DNA of 63,166 nt, the filler included, from Octopus bimaculoides (Eukaryota): assembly GCF_001194135.2 (NCBI RefSeq). It is 4 parts of 3 records of this genome, joined end to end, with 100 filler letters (N's around TTAATTAATTAA, not from the genome) between each part and the next. Parts side by side here need not be neighbours in the genome. Positions count along the whole stretch, not along the records: positions 23,314 to 48,608 come from NC_068987.1; positions 48,709 to 63,166 come from NC_068993.1; 2 more parts are not named here. The stretch is one strand, 5' to 3'. Below are positions 35,878-48,776 of the stretch, piece after piece (positions within the stretch are counted from its first letter, which is position 1; each line of letters opens with the position of its first letter). Both the position numbers and the translations under genes were made by a program. The notes under the pieces are model-generated. The model was given only the letters and a program-made list of their open reading frames with translations. It searched no databases and was not told where the DNA came from.

Positions 35878-35878
35878 C

Positions 35879-35919
<41 letters not shown>
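35826..35919. repeat. (GATA)n microsatellite
   Basis: Direct read. Confidence 0.95.
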
Positions 35920-35921
<2 letters not shown>

Positions 35922-36198
35922 AACGCATGCCGTTGTATGTTCATGTGTACGGATGGGGGAAAGTAATTCAGAAATAAGATAGGGAGGAGTAAAATCAAAC
36001 AAATATAAAGTTGAAAACTTTTACCTTATACTGCAATATTTCAACGTTCAGAAAAAATGTCGTCTGAATTAATACTGATCTCAAGAGGTAGGTCAGAAAA
36101 AAGGGTTACGTCAAAATATTCGTAGTGTTGTATTTGTTTTTACCACATTTTAACCGAATATCGGTTAAAATGTCTTACGGTTAAGCTGGTTCCCATGC

Positions 36199-36285
36199 AT
36201 TTCCCTGAAGAGAAGATTACATTTTTGACATCACCAATCCCTATGGATCGTATAATTTGTAATCTTCGAAACATATGTTGGAAAT
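36199..36285 (+). ncRNA. Minimal Type I hammerhead ribozyme, canonical core
   Basis: Helix I AUUUCC/GGAAAU (6 bp); CUGAAGA at 36205-36211; perfect 10-bp helix II GAAGAUUACA/UGUAAUCUUC; GAAA at 36268-36271; palindrome ACAUAUGU; GUU triplet ending at 36279. Confidence 0.88.
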
Positions 36286-37026
36286 AAAAGTATGCAGTTA
36301 ACATATGCGTTATACTCCACTCATTAAATTTTTATATATACTCAAGTACCCAAAATAACAAGGAGTTTCTACCTCATAAACAGGAGTTACACCACAGTCA
36401 TTTTGTGATCTTTGCTACCCTGGTGTCTATTAACCAATTTATTTTGTCCGAGTTATTTATTAATTAGGAGAAAATAAATACATATAATAAAANNNNNNNN
36501 NNNNNNNNNNNNNNNNNNNNNNNNNNNNNNNNNNNNNNNNNNNNNNNNNNNNNNNNNNNNNNNNNNNNNNNNNNNNNNNNNNNNNNNNNNNNNNNNNNNN
36601 NNNNNNNNNNNNNNNNNNNNNNNNNNNNNNNNNNNNNNNNNNNNNNNNNNNNNNNNNNNNNNNNNNNNNNNNNNNNNNNNNNNNNNNNNNNNNNNNNNNN
36701 NNNNNNNNNNNNNNNNNNNNNNNNNNNNNNNNNNNNNNNNNNNNNNNNNNNNNNNNNNNNNNNNNNNNNNNNNNNNNNNNNNNNNNNNNNNNNNNNNNNN
36801 NNNNNNNNNNNNNNNNNNNNNNNNNNNNNNNNNNNNNNNNNNNNNNNNNNNNNNNNNNNNNNNNNNNNNNNNNNNNNNNNNNNNNNNNNNNNNNNNNNNN
36901 NNNNNNNNNNNNNNNNNNNNNNNNNNNNNNNNNNNNNNNNNNNNNNNNNNNNNNNNNNNNNNNNNNNNNNNNNNNNNNNNNNNNNNNNNNNNNNNNNNNN
37001 NNNNNNNNNNNNNNNNNNNNNNNNNN

Positions 37027-37270
37027 CAAAATGGTGCATCTCATGTGCCACCCGCACAAGAACCAGTCCAGGGGCACTGGCAACGATCTTACTTGGCTTG
37101 CCGGGTCTTCTCACGCACAGCCCATTTCCAAAGGTCTCGGTCCGTAGTCATCGCCTCGGTGAGGCCCAATGTACGAAGGTCTTGCCTCACCACCTCAGCC
37201 CAGGTCTTCCTGGGCCTACCTCTTCCACGGGTTCCCTCAACTGTTAGGGTGTGGCACTTTTTCACGCAGC
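37027..37270 (-). mobile_element. RTE LINE 3' fragment (probably the same family as 14400-17660)
   Basis: SCVKKCHTLTVEGTRGRGRPRKTWAEVVRQDLRTLGLTEAMTTDRDLWKWAV. The 3' UTR start (gttgccagtgccc..tggttcttgtgcgggtggcac) resembles 17415-17470. Confidence 0.88.
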
Positions 37271-38173
37271 TATATATATATATATATATATATATACATA
37301 CATACATGCATACACAAACATAGATAATATATGTATACATGCATATGTTGTCCAAGGAAAAAACACGGCTTCAAAAATCGTTTACGATCACTGCCTGCAG
37401 TCACAGACGAAGCCTGTGAAAGTAAAGTTTCAGAACAAACATCACATAACTTTTGTATTTTAAAACTCTAACAATCCCGCCTATCCACAATTGAAAATTC
37501 CTACGTTATTTTAGCGGCGTCGAAATTGCTAGCATTGTGCCAAAACTTGACATCAATATTAATACAAGGGCTCTATGGAAGATTTTCATCAGTTGTTGTA
37601 CCAGTATATAAGCAGTTGATCAATGCATTTTCATATAAGGGAGGAAAGCATATCAAAATAATTTAATTATTTAAAAACTTCTTCATTTTTTTTCTTCCCA
37701 AAATGCATGTCTGACATTAAGACACTATATATCCACAGTAAAGGTCAGAATTATATTCTGCTCATCTTTTGCTCTATTATTCCGTTGGCGACTACATTTT
37801 TACATTAAGTTTACTGAAACACAAAAATCTAAAGAAACACATAATTTTATGCATATTTGTGTAACCATCTGCACAATATCCTTCGCATTGATTCACATTG
37901 GCGTGTATACTCGAATGTATATCGTCACATGATTCTTTTAAAGAATTCTTTCAACAATTTACAACTTTGCTGTATGCTTTTTTACATTACAGAGTCATTT
38001 TCTTTTACGCATTGTCCATGTAATCATCCTTATCTCATCACAAATTGAAGAAACCATGCAACCGTCAACGAATTTGCTGTAAGGTATCTTATGCAGTTTT
38101 TGCCCTTCAGTTAATGCGAGTTTCTGTTTCAATACAGGATTTATACAAGAATCCATTGATTCATATACAGCCC

Positions 38174-38227
<54 letters not shown>

Positions 38228-38384
38228 GTATGCATATGCATATTCGCACGCACATGAGAAAATATATGCGTAAATATATAGTGTCGATACACATTAAATA
38301 TATTTCGCTGGTTGGGGGTGGGGGTTAAATAGCAATATGTAGGAAAAATATATGTGTATCTGTGCGCGCGCGCATGTATGTGTG

Positions 38385-38720
38385 AAGGCGCATGGCTCAA
38401 GGTGAGAGTGTCGTGCTTACAATCGTAAGGTTATGAGTCCGAATTCCGGACCAGGCTGTGTATTGTGTTCTTGGGCGAGACACTTTATTTTACGTTGCTC
38501 CAGTTCCCTCGCTTTAAAAATGAATTGGAACGTCAACGTTGCCAAGCTATATCAGTTTTTGCCTTTGTCTTGGATAACATCGGTGCCGTTGAGAGGGCAG
38601 ACTTGTATGTATGGGCGACTGTTGGCCTTCTATAAACAACCTTGCTCGGACTTGTACCTCGGAGGGGAATTTTCTAAGTGCCATCCCATGGTCATTCATG
38701 ATAGAAAGGAGTCTTTATCT
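38385..38720 (+). mobile_element. tRNA-derived SINE (family C)
   Basis: Head gaaggcgcatggctcaaggtgagagtg..gagtccgaattcc; body ttgtgttcttgggcgagacactttattttacgttgctccag; homologous to 41240-41532. Confidence 0.8.
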
Positions 38721-39760
38721 TATATATATATATAAAGTGTTCACTGTAAGATATCACTTATAATTGTGGAAATCATAAGAGAATGTCCGAATGGACGACT
38801 GCAACTTACCGTATCTCTTTACTGCACTGCCACAAAATATATAGTTTTATTCTTTTCAAACAAGACAAATATCAGCAAAAGATGCTAATTAGAATTTCTA
38901 CGAAGTGGCAGAGATTAATTATAGAGACGCTGAAAGAGTTGCAGAGCAATATAAATAAATATGGAGATCGGGTTTGTTGTTTTGCTTCTAAGGGCATAGC
39001 ACCGACTGCACTTCTAATTCTGAGAAATACGTCTGCTGTCAGTGGTCAATATGAATTCATTAATAATGTCCTTGATAAGTTCCTGACGATATTAAGGTAC
39101 TTATAGCTGTCATCGTTTCGGATTAACTGACAAAACCTTCTACGATCTTACAATGTTTCATATCATTTCAGACATCCAGCCTAAGTTTACATATACGTAT
39201 TTCCACGTGTGCACGAATATACGCATAAACTCGCAGACACATACATACGCGAGCGCGCACACACATACACACTCACATATGTGTACGTAAATGTGTGTAA
39301 TATATATACACACATATACATACATATTCATTAATACATATAAGTATACAATTGTACAATAATGAATGCTTGTATGTATATAATATATATACATATCTAT
39401 ACAGAAACACATATAGTATACTCATAAATCTAAGGAGGGATAAACAATATATGAGTGTGTGGGTGTGTGTTCGCGCGCGCGTTCGTGTATGTAGGTATGT
39501 ATGTATCTATCTATCTAGGTATATCCAGTCGTTCGCATACGCATACATACATATTTATTTGCATATATAAATGCATTCTTGGGCGATGCAAAATAACTTA
39601 CCTTTTCAAAAACTCGAAGACACCCTCTAGTTTTATTTAATTTAGTGCAAAAACTGAACATGCAAAATTTCACCACAATTGAAGACTTTTTAGCGGTTGC
39701 TATCATCCACTGAACCTTTTGTATATTCTTATTTTTCAGTAAGTATTTATTTCTGTCTCC

Positions 39761-40135
39761 TTGCCATCTTCTATTGGTCCTGACAGACAACTGTTAAAGA
39801 GATTCAAAGCAAAATGGGTGGAAGTTGACAAGAACAATTACCAAACAGCAACAGATGAGCCTAACATTGCAGAGAAAATCTCAGATGCTGAAGCAATCAT
39901 TCAATTTGCTCAAGCTCAGTTTGATGAACAGCAGCCTCGTGATGACTACAAGGAATTGCTCGAGCTAACGCTCAATTTCCTCGGTAATACTCCCAAGTTG
40001 GGAATCAGTTTTAAACCACCCGGAGCTTATCACAGAGCAGGGTGGATGGCCAAGCTAACTTACTGCATCAAAATTTGGATGTTTAAATCTTAGTTTAAAC
40101 TGAGTGAGAGAAAGGAAAACGGACTGAGAGATATT
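39761..40135 (+). pseudogene. DNA transposase fragment, probably hAT-related
   Basis: QPRDDYKELLELTLNFLG..FKPPGAYHRAGWMAKLTYCIKIWMF resembles the RDDYxELLEL / PGAxHxARWMAK blocks of a widespread invertebrate DDE transposase family. Superfamily assignment is tentative. Confidence 0.65.
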
Positions 40136-40314
40136 TGAACAGGTGTTCCATGTACCACGCGTGAGTCTTCGAAGATGAAGTGCTTTGCTCAATAACACCA
40201 CACAGCATCCATGCACCAACATTGCTAGGAATAAGAGTTAAAGCAAAGCTTAGCTACAAGCAAAGTAATTACCTATTGACTGACAAGTGAGACAACCTCC
40301 CTACAGCAAGTGAG

Positions 40315-40365
40315 AATGTTGATCATCGATGATTTCGGATTCAACTGATCCTCATCAGTGACACT
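40315..40365 (-). ncRNA. Hammerhead ribozyme motif, intact core, weak helix I
   Basis: CUGAUGA-GGAUC-AGUU-GAAUCC-GAAA with a 12-nt palindrome AUCAUCGAUGAU and an AUC triplet; helix I pairs only in a shifted register. Confidence 0.6.
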
Positions 40366-40669
40366 ACTCCGTTGACTAGGGTCTGATTGAACTCGCCTTG
40401 TCAGTTTATAGAAAATACAATTGGAATTAGTGGTTGATTCGGTTAAATGTTAAAGTGAAAATTATATATTATTAATGTGGCTAGTCGCAAGAAGGGAAGT
40501 CAAAAATTATTCCACACTCTCGCTAAAACTTTCATTCGCTTAAGTGCATTGCCTTCAACGCTCGTGGGCTGAAAGGAGTTGCTCTTCCGGTTACGCAAAC
40601 GAAGATTGAAGTTCATCGCTACAGATTTATTCCTTGGGCTACAGAGTAAACATTGCCGCCCGGCTGATA

Positions 40670-40830
40670 ATGTCCACCAAAGAACAGAGATGAGTGATCT
40701 ATTTCTCTGGGTTGTCAGGGTTCGAAATTCATTGCAGACTTTCAGTACAATTCGGTAACAGCGATCTACTGCATAGAGGTATGTATGTGTGGATCGAGAA
40801 GTTTAAAAGATACCAGACAAGCTTGAAGTA
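40670..40830 (+). mobile_element. mariner transposase N-terminal fragment
   Basis: STKEQR*VIYF..SGFEIHCRLSVQFGNSDLLHRGMYVWIEKFKRYQTSL, an HTH_48-like pattern. Confidence 0.65.
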
Positions 40831-40837
40831 CGCCTCT

Positions 40838-40860
40838 ATCTCTTTCTCTCTCTCTCTTTT

Positions 40861-40899
<39 letters not shown>

Positions 40900-40977
40900 A
40901 AATTTGTCTCTCTCTCTCTTTTACACCCTCCGTCTCGCTATCTCATTCTCTCTCTTTCATTCTCTCTCTCTTTCACC

Positions 40978-41056
<79 letters not shown>
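40838..41056. repeat. (CT)n-rich microsatellite
   Basis: Direct read. Confidence 0.95.
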
Positions 41057-41058
<2 letters not shown>

Positions 41059-41239
41059 GCTGTTGCAAAAATACGTACATTAACTTAGTGCTGAAAGGTG
41101 AAGAGAACAATATCGTTGCGTTGGAAGAGAGCATCTTGCAAAACAACAGCAGCATAAATAAATATATTAACTGAATGCTGAAAAGTGAATGGAACATTAT
41201 ACTATGCGTCAACAGCAAGCACCCCAAGAAGCAATCTCT

Positions 41240-41532
41240 TCTTGATGGGTAAAGACCCCCTTCGGTCACGAGTCATCATGGTATTGCACCAAGGAAGTTC
41301 CCACACAAAGGCACAAGTCCGGCAAGATTGTTTGTGTGGAGGACCAGCAGTCGTCCATGCATACCAGCCTTCTCTCTCCATGCCACCGATGTTGTCCAAG
41401 GGAAAGGCAAAGGGGCCGATACAGCTTGGCACCAGTGACGTCGCAACTCATTCCTTTCTACAGCTGAGTTTACTGGAGCAACGTGAAATAAAGTGCCTTA
41501 CTCAAGAACACAATACACAACCCGGTCCAAGA
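41240..41532 (-). mobile_element. tRNA-derived SINE (family C)
   Basis: cagctgagtttactggagcaacgtgaaataaagtgccttactcaagaacacaa..gaatcgaac is the reverse complement of the family C head and body. Confidence 0.85.
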
Positions 41533-41964
41533 ATCGAACGCACTACCTCATGATTTGTTCTGTCTCAATGCTACTGCTATCTAGCACATTCGGATGATCT
41601 CTACTCAACTGCTACTCGACTGCTATTCAACACTCCTACCACGGCCAGACAACCTCTATTTATGTCTTGGGAGATCCTACTTCTTCGCCTGGGGGCGTCG
41701 ACACAACATAATTGTAAGCCCGATGATTTAACCAATGAATCATGCGCCTTCACATGGCTCTTCTTGATCACCTTCCATACAACCCCAAAGCAGCAGGACT
41801 AACATACCTTAAAGAAGACCTGGATGTGAAATGCTCAGCACACCAAAACGAGACCATGCATGAGTATGTTTTCCAAAGGCTTAAAGAAGATAACGTCGGC
41901 ATGAAGTGAAGCCTCATTCGAACTCATGATCGTTGCATCACATCACACTTCATATGTATGTTCG

Positions 41965-42002
<38 letters not shown>

Positions 42003-42342
42003 TACATGCATACGTACATGCGCAATGCCATCACTTGACTTATCTTAAACATAAGCAGCAGACGTAGAATTTTCCACCCGTCCGTCCGTCCGTCCGTCCA
42101 TCCATCCATACATACGTACATGCATACATACATACATACATACATACATACATACATACATGCATATATCCATCCATCCATATATACATACATATATGTT
42201 TGCATACATGCACTTAATAACTTTGATCTATGTAATATAATGACTAGTTTCCCTGCAAAGTAAATTTGCATGAAACGAATCTCGAAAAAGCATCATCACA
42301 GGCTGTTACTCACAACATAGTAGAACGTATATCTCACAGTCG

Positions 42343-42396
<54 letters not shown>

Positions 42397-44399
42397 ATAC
42401 ACACAGAGAGGGGGTAGATATATATATATATATATATGCGTGTGTTTGCGTGTGTTTGAGAGTGTGTGAATGTACATATCAATGTGTTGTATCAGTGAAT
42501 AATATTAAAAGTCGATGCTTTTTAGCATCTAGTTAGACTTCATCTAGCATTCCCAATGATCAAAGACGTTCTAACTGTGGCAGCATCATCAACTTTTTTT
42601 TTGCATATAATATATATACATATATATCATACTCAACGAGTTCTTTCTTTTTCAAATCTTTTGGGAGCAATTTGAGGAAGATTTGGCTGTTATTTCCTAG
42701 AGCACGAGCGACAACGTAAATTGTCCCTCGTTACTTTTAGTGTTGTAAAGAATCTTTACAGGGTTTATTTGTGTCATATCAATACTCTTATGCACTTCTG
42801 TCTTTGATCTACATCAATTTTTATGTATATACACTCACCCATAGGTTTTAAGTAATTTTAGTTCAGTGTAAGCATGATTCTTTGATGTATATGATATTTA
42901 AGTATAAATGTACTTATATCACATGTGTGTGTATATTTACCTATATATGTGTGAGTGTTTATGTGTACGTGTGTTTTGTGCGTATACATTATTTTTTGTA
43001 TACGTGTAAAGGTATATACGTATGTATATCATCTTTGATCGGAATCATATTCACGTATATACGCTTATATTATATACATACATGCTTCTGTATATATNNN
43101 NNNNNNNNNNNNNNNNNNNNNNNNNNNNNNNNNNNNNNNNNNNNNNNNNNNNNNNNNNNNNNNNNNNNNNNNNNNNNNNNNNNNNNNNNNNNNNNNNNNN
43201 NNNNNNNNNNNNNNNNNNNNNNNNNNNNNNNNNNNNNNNNNNNNNNNNNNNNNNNNNNNNNNNNNNNNNNNNNNNNNNNNNNNNNNNNNNNNNNNNNNNN
43301 NNNNNNNNNNNNNNNNNNNNNNNNNNNNNNNNNNNNNNNNNNNNNNNNNNNNNNNNNNNNNNNNNNNNNNNNNNNNNNNNNNNNNNNNNNNNNNNNNNNN
43401 NNNNNNNNNNNNNNNNNNNNNNNNNNNNNNNNNNNNNNNNNNNNNNNNNNNNNNNNNNNNNNNNNNNNNNNNNNNNNNNNNNNNNNNNNNNNNNNNNNNN
43501 NNNNNNNNNNNNNNNNNNNNNNNNNNNNNNNNNNNNNNNNNTGAATGAAATGATTTTAGTTTATTAGTCAGAGAAATGTTATATTTTTCCAAAGTAGAGG
43601 AATTAGATTTTAAGTGAAGCTACACATTTTCCAGTTGAGTGTAGAGAGAGAGAGAGTGAAATAATAATAGCAATACGACAGCCATTTTATACGAACGCAA
43701 CAATTGGTTAAAACGGTTGAGTGTGAGTCAAAATACCTTAAGGTATTTTAGTTACGTCTACCCATGCTGTATGCTGGAATCCCGCTGGGGAAGACTTTTG
43801 TCTTTTATCCTTTCATGGTTGATAAAATAAATACTAGCCAATTATTGGAATCGATATATTAACGGCGGTCCAGCCCACAATGGGTGTGGCTTAGCGCTGC
43901 TACTAAAAATCAATAATACTATTGTAGAGGCGGTGGGTTGTCAGGAAAGCTAAATCGACGAAGATATACCATGAAGTATTAAGTTACGTCTCTCTAAGTT
44001 GTCAGTTCAAATCCTCGAGCTGATTTTCATTCATTTTTCAAATCAGTTAGGTCAATATTAGAGTTGATTTAATCGACTATAATCTACTCTTAATTAAGTT
44101 CTCTCTTTGAAAGCAAAACATTCTATAAAGGGTGGCCGAATAGTAAAACAAATTCTTGAACAATTCGCGTATAATGAAAAATAGAATGTATAATTTTATT
44201 TTCAATTGCTATTGATGAAAATAAAAATTCTGTTCTTTAGGTAGCCATTTATTTGTATCTATAGATGCTATAGATCTTTTTGTGTAGAAATATCTGAGTA
44301 GATGTTGTTTGTGTTTGGGGTTAATAGTGTGTAAACAGTGGATATGGATGTATGTGCCTCCATTGGTGCATTTGTATGTGATGAGTGGGTACAGATTTA

Positions 44400-44620
44400 A
44401 TGCCTTCATTAGTTTATTTCTTCTTCACAAACTTACTAAACGCCACTCCATCAATGGAGGCCTTTACAGAAATGACGGACTGTACAACATGAAACCCATA
44501 AAAGCCAACACGATGCATATCTTTATAAAACACCTCAGATCTTCAATAATTCAAATCAAGCATTACCAGGAACTCCAGTCTAAAGAGAGTGGACTTTTCT
44601 GAAACTTAGAAGACTCCCAG
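44400..44620 (+). mobile_element. Possible Penelope-like RT fragment
   Basis: FISLFLLHKLTKRHSINGGLYRNDGL resembles the PLE catalytic-region motif GLYRDDGL. Confidence 0.45.
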
Positions 44621-44646
44621 ACTCTTAGGAAATCTGTGCGTGTGTT

Positions 44647-44719
<73 letters not shown>

Positions 44720-45455
44720 GTGTGGAGGCGGGGTGCATGAGTGTGCACGTATATGTACATCAATTAATTACCACATGACTACTACATAAAACATTTCAAT
44801 CCTTATTTCTATGCACTTTTATAGGACATAACCAAATTCAATAAAATCTCTTCTATTCTCAATACCACCATGCCATACATACGCATACATATATACGTAC
44901 ACACACGCACACACACAGATACACACAGATACACACAGATACACACACACATGCACACACATGCACACACACACACATACGAACACACACACATATTTGA
45001 TCCTCGTTATCAATATCATCGCATTATATTAGTCTGCAGGTTAATACGTCCCCCTTATCGAAGTCCGTGGATAGTATTAACGCAAAGTGATTCCTATGGA
45101 TTATAGATGTTCTAAACTTAAGTAGTTTTATTTTTTACGTTTTCAATATGAGACAGTTGTATCATAATTTGTTTGGTGTGTTCATTTGTCCTATAGTTAT
45201 GTGTTTAATTCTTATGAAGAGTTTTGTCCGTGGTCTCTGTAATTTTAATGCGTAAGATGTTTTATGACTCTATTGCGTAATATTTTTTTCCAGTATTTCT
45301 ATGTATCTTGGCATAAGGACATGTTATGACAGACGCTATTGACTACTGTTCGTTTGTTGTATGTCTTTTGTTTTTGTCTGTAGAGAAATCAATCTTCAAA
45401 CGATATATATATGTGTGTGTGTGTGTGTGTGAGTGTGTGTGTGTATAAGTATACA

Positions 45456-45512
<57 letters not shown>

Positions 45513-46749
45513 NNNNNNNNNNNNNNNNNNNNNNNNNNNNNNNNNNNNNNNNNNNNNNNNNNNNNNNNNNNNNNNNNNNNNNNNNNNNNNNNNNNNNNNN
45601 NNNNNNNNNNNNNNNNNNNNNNNNNNNNNNNNNNNNNNNNNNNNNNNNNNNNNNNNNNNNNNNNNNNNNNNNNNNNNNNNNNNNNNNNNNNNNNNNNNNN
45701 NNNNNNNNNNNNNNNNNNNNNNNNNNNNNNNNNNNNNNNNNNNNNNNNNNNNNNNNNNNNNNNNNNNNNNNNNNNNNNNNNNNNNNNNNNNNNNNNNNNN
45801 NNNNNNNNNNNNNNNNNNNNNNNNNNNNNNNNNNNNNNNNNNNNNNNNNNNNNNNNNNNNNNNNNNNNNNNNNNNNNNNNNNNNNNNNNNNNNNNNNNNN
45901 NNNNNNNNNNNNNNNNNNNNNNNNNNNNNNNNNNNNNNNNNNNNNNNNNNNNNNNNNNNNNNNNNNNNNNNNNNNNNNNNNNNNNNNNNNNNNNNNNNNN
46001 NNNNNNNNNNNNNNNNNNNNNNNNNNNNNNNNNNNNNNNNNNNNNNNNNNNNNNNNNNNNNNNNNNNNNNNNNNNNNNNNNNNNNNNNNNNNNNNNNNNN
46101 NNNNNNNNNNNNNNNNNNNNNNNNNNNNNNNNNNNNNNNNNNNNNNNNNNNNNNNNNNNNNNNNNNNNNNNNNNNNNNNNNNNNNNNNNNNNNNNNNNNN
46201 NNNNNNNNNNNNNNNNNNNNNNNNNNNNNNNNNNNNNNNNNNNNNNNNNNNNNNNNNNNNNNNNNNNNNNNNNNNNNNNNNNNNNNNNNNNNNNNNNNNN
46301 NNNNNNNNNNNNNNNNNTATATATATATATATATATATATCATAAATATACAGGGATTAGCATGAGTTGCTTCTCCAATATACTGAGAATTTAGAAATAG
46401 CAGTCAAAGAACTACTGATTAAATATTGTCTTATTGATCCTTTGAAGACATTCTTATCTCAGCCTCTTACAGAACTGACATTTATTTGTCAAAGAATTAT
46501 TTCTAAAAATAGATTTGACATCAATTCTAGAATTGAAAATGTTTAGCCCTTGAAATTTTAGCTTTTTCATATTTTGTGTTATGTGCTAGCTTCTATTTCG
46601 AGAATTGGTTTTCCTTTCAGGCACAATTTAGATCCAAGGATCTCCATATATATAAGATATGCCACTGACTATTCTTTATATTTAATAATGAATGGACTTT
46701 TTGTTTCAATGGGCACTGCCTACCCATGGCTGATACTGATACGCATTTT

Positions 46750-47370
46750 TTATCTCTTACTTGTTTTAGTCATTTGAATGCGGCCATGCTGGTGGCACGG
46801 TTTGAAGAATTTGGTAGAACAAATCAACTCTTGTATTCTTTTTAAAGCCTGGTAACCTAGTACTTATCCTATCGGTCTCTTTTGCCGAAAAGCTAGCTTA
46901 CGGGGGAGTAAGCAAGCCAACACGAGTTGCCAAGTGGAGGTGGTGGGGGACAAGTACATGTACAAAAACACATATAGCTACATACCCGCACACATACAGC
47001 TACACACCTACATGCATACAGCTATACAGCCACACACACACATATATAGGTATATGTAAATAAATATATATGTGTGTATATGTCTGTGTGTGTGCGTGCG
47101 TTGTGTGTGCGTATCTGTGTGGTGGTGTAAAAGGAGGAAAATGAACATATACATCTATATACTGTTTTATATGATTTATTAACGATATAAATCATTTAAT
47201 ACATTATATGTTTGTGTAAGTGTCCTTCTTCTTATCCCTTTACCACAATCTCAAGCAATACATTTACTATACCTATGTCTCCAAAGATTATATTACTTAT
47301 ACCTGTAGGACTGAAACTGGAACCGTATGATTGGGAAGATAACCCTTTACTGTACAGCCACGCCTGCATT
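46750..47370 (-). mobile_element. SINE family B expanded by internal microsatellites
   Basis: Tail agtcatttgaatgcggccatgctgg at about 46760, body ctatcggtctcttttgccgaa, head ggactgaaactggaaccgtatgattgg..cagccacgcctgc at 47310-47370. Confidence 0.65.
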
Positions 47371-47944
47371 GTAAGCAGAAGATGATCTAAAGAGATGCAA
47401 TCATATCTAGAGACATAAATGGTGACAAATAACTCTGGAAAAATTCACTTTTACGAACAGAATTGAATAGGAATCTTAGCTAATCTCTGTTCTAATTAAG
47501 TATGTATGTATAATGGGGGATTTTTGGTAGGGGCACGTATATATTTATTTATTTACTGAAATTATTTTCTAATCTTTCAATTATATTCGATACTAACTTT
47601 ACTGGTATCGTTAATATGCACCTGTCGTGTTCCTCTTAACTGTATCGATGCACACGAGAGCTTATGATAAATCATGTGTGTGTGTGTGTTTCTGTACGAT
47701 ATTTTACGAGTTAGACAACTGGAAGTAGCTATACTTATAAGTATTTTTCAGGTCATCATTATATATCAACATCTGTTCCCAACTGCGCAAAAGTGTCGAG
47801 AAAATGTTACTCGCAAGAGAATTCTATGGACTAAGCATGGTAGGGAAGGACACAGGTTTGCGTAGGATTTTCGTAGCTGGAGGACACAGAACAGGTGGTA
47901 TGCGAATGAACAAGCAGGAAAAAAAGAAAAGAAAGAAGGAAAAC

Positions 47945-47946
47945 AG

Positions 47947-48017
<71 letters not shown>

Positions 48018-48018
48018 A
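47945..48018. repeat. (AGAA)n microsatellite
   Basis: Direct read. Confidence 0.95.
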
Positions 48019-48129
48019 ATGAAAAGGAAAAAGAAAAAAAACAGGTATTTGTAGTGTCTTTAGTGGAGATAGCATGCAACTGAACTAGTTTCCAAGTTTC
48101 CGATGAATAGAAGATGTTATAGTAAATAT

Positions 48130-48380
48130 AATAAAGACAGAGTAAGGAGACATTGTGTCTGGGGGGTCTATGGGTTGTAGAGTGTTGGTGAGTCAGGCTT
48201 CGCCAATCAACCGGATGACTTTCCTTTCGATGTGGTCTAGGATGGAGAGTGGAGGGAAGGGTGGAGTACAGAAATGGATGCTATTAATTAGAGATCAAGG
48301 GAATGCATTGACAGTCAAGTGTAGTACTGTAATAGCTAACATTTATTTTCATCCTTCAAAGATTCAGAGCTTCTGCCTTT
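48130..48380 (-). mobile_element. Degenerate LINE RT C-terminal remnant (CR1/L2/Jockey group)
   Basis: LDHIERKVIRLIGEA*LTNTLQPID..RHNVSLLCLYYIYY resembles LDRVQRKAIRLI..LQPLSHRRNVASLSLFYRYY. Confidence 0.5.
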
Positions 48381-48509
48381 GATGTTTTCGCTCGCGCCCA
48401 CCTTCCACTCAACAATTGTTTCTCACATCCATTCCCCATGCCGTATTTTTCCTTCCTACCTTTGTATCTAATTCAAAATACATCATTGACTCCCAATGTG
48501 TCTTTTTCA

Positions 48510-48580
<71 letters not shown>

Positions 48581-48733
48581 CATATATATATATATATATA
48601 TATATATANNNNNNNNNNNNNNNNNNNNNNNNNNNNNNNNNNNNNNNNNNNNTTAATTAATTAANNNNNNNNNNNNNNNNNNNNNNNNNNNNNNNNNNNN
48701 NNNNNNNNTATGTATATGCCTGTCACAAAAGTA

Positions 48734-48776
<43 letters not shown>

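Noticed and set aside
13009-48664. Three identical TTAATTAATTAA islands inside N-runs
   Set aside because: Scaffolding linker with stops in all frames; not biological.
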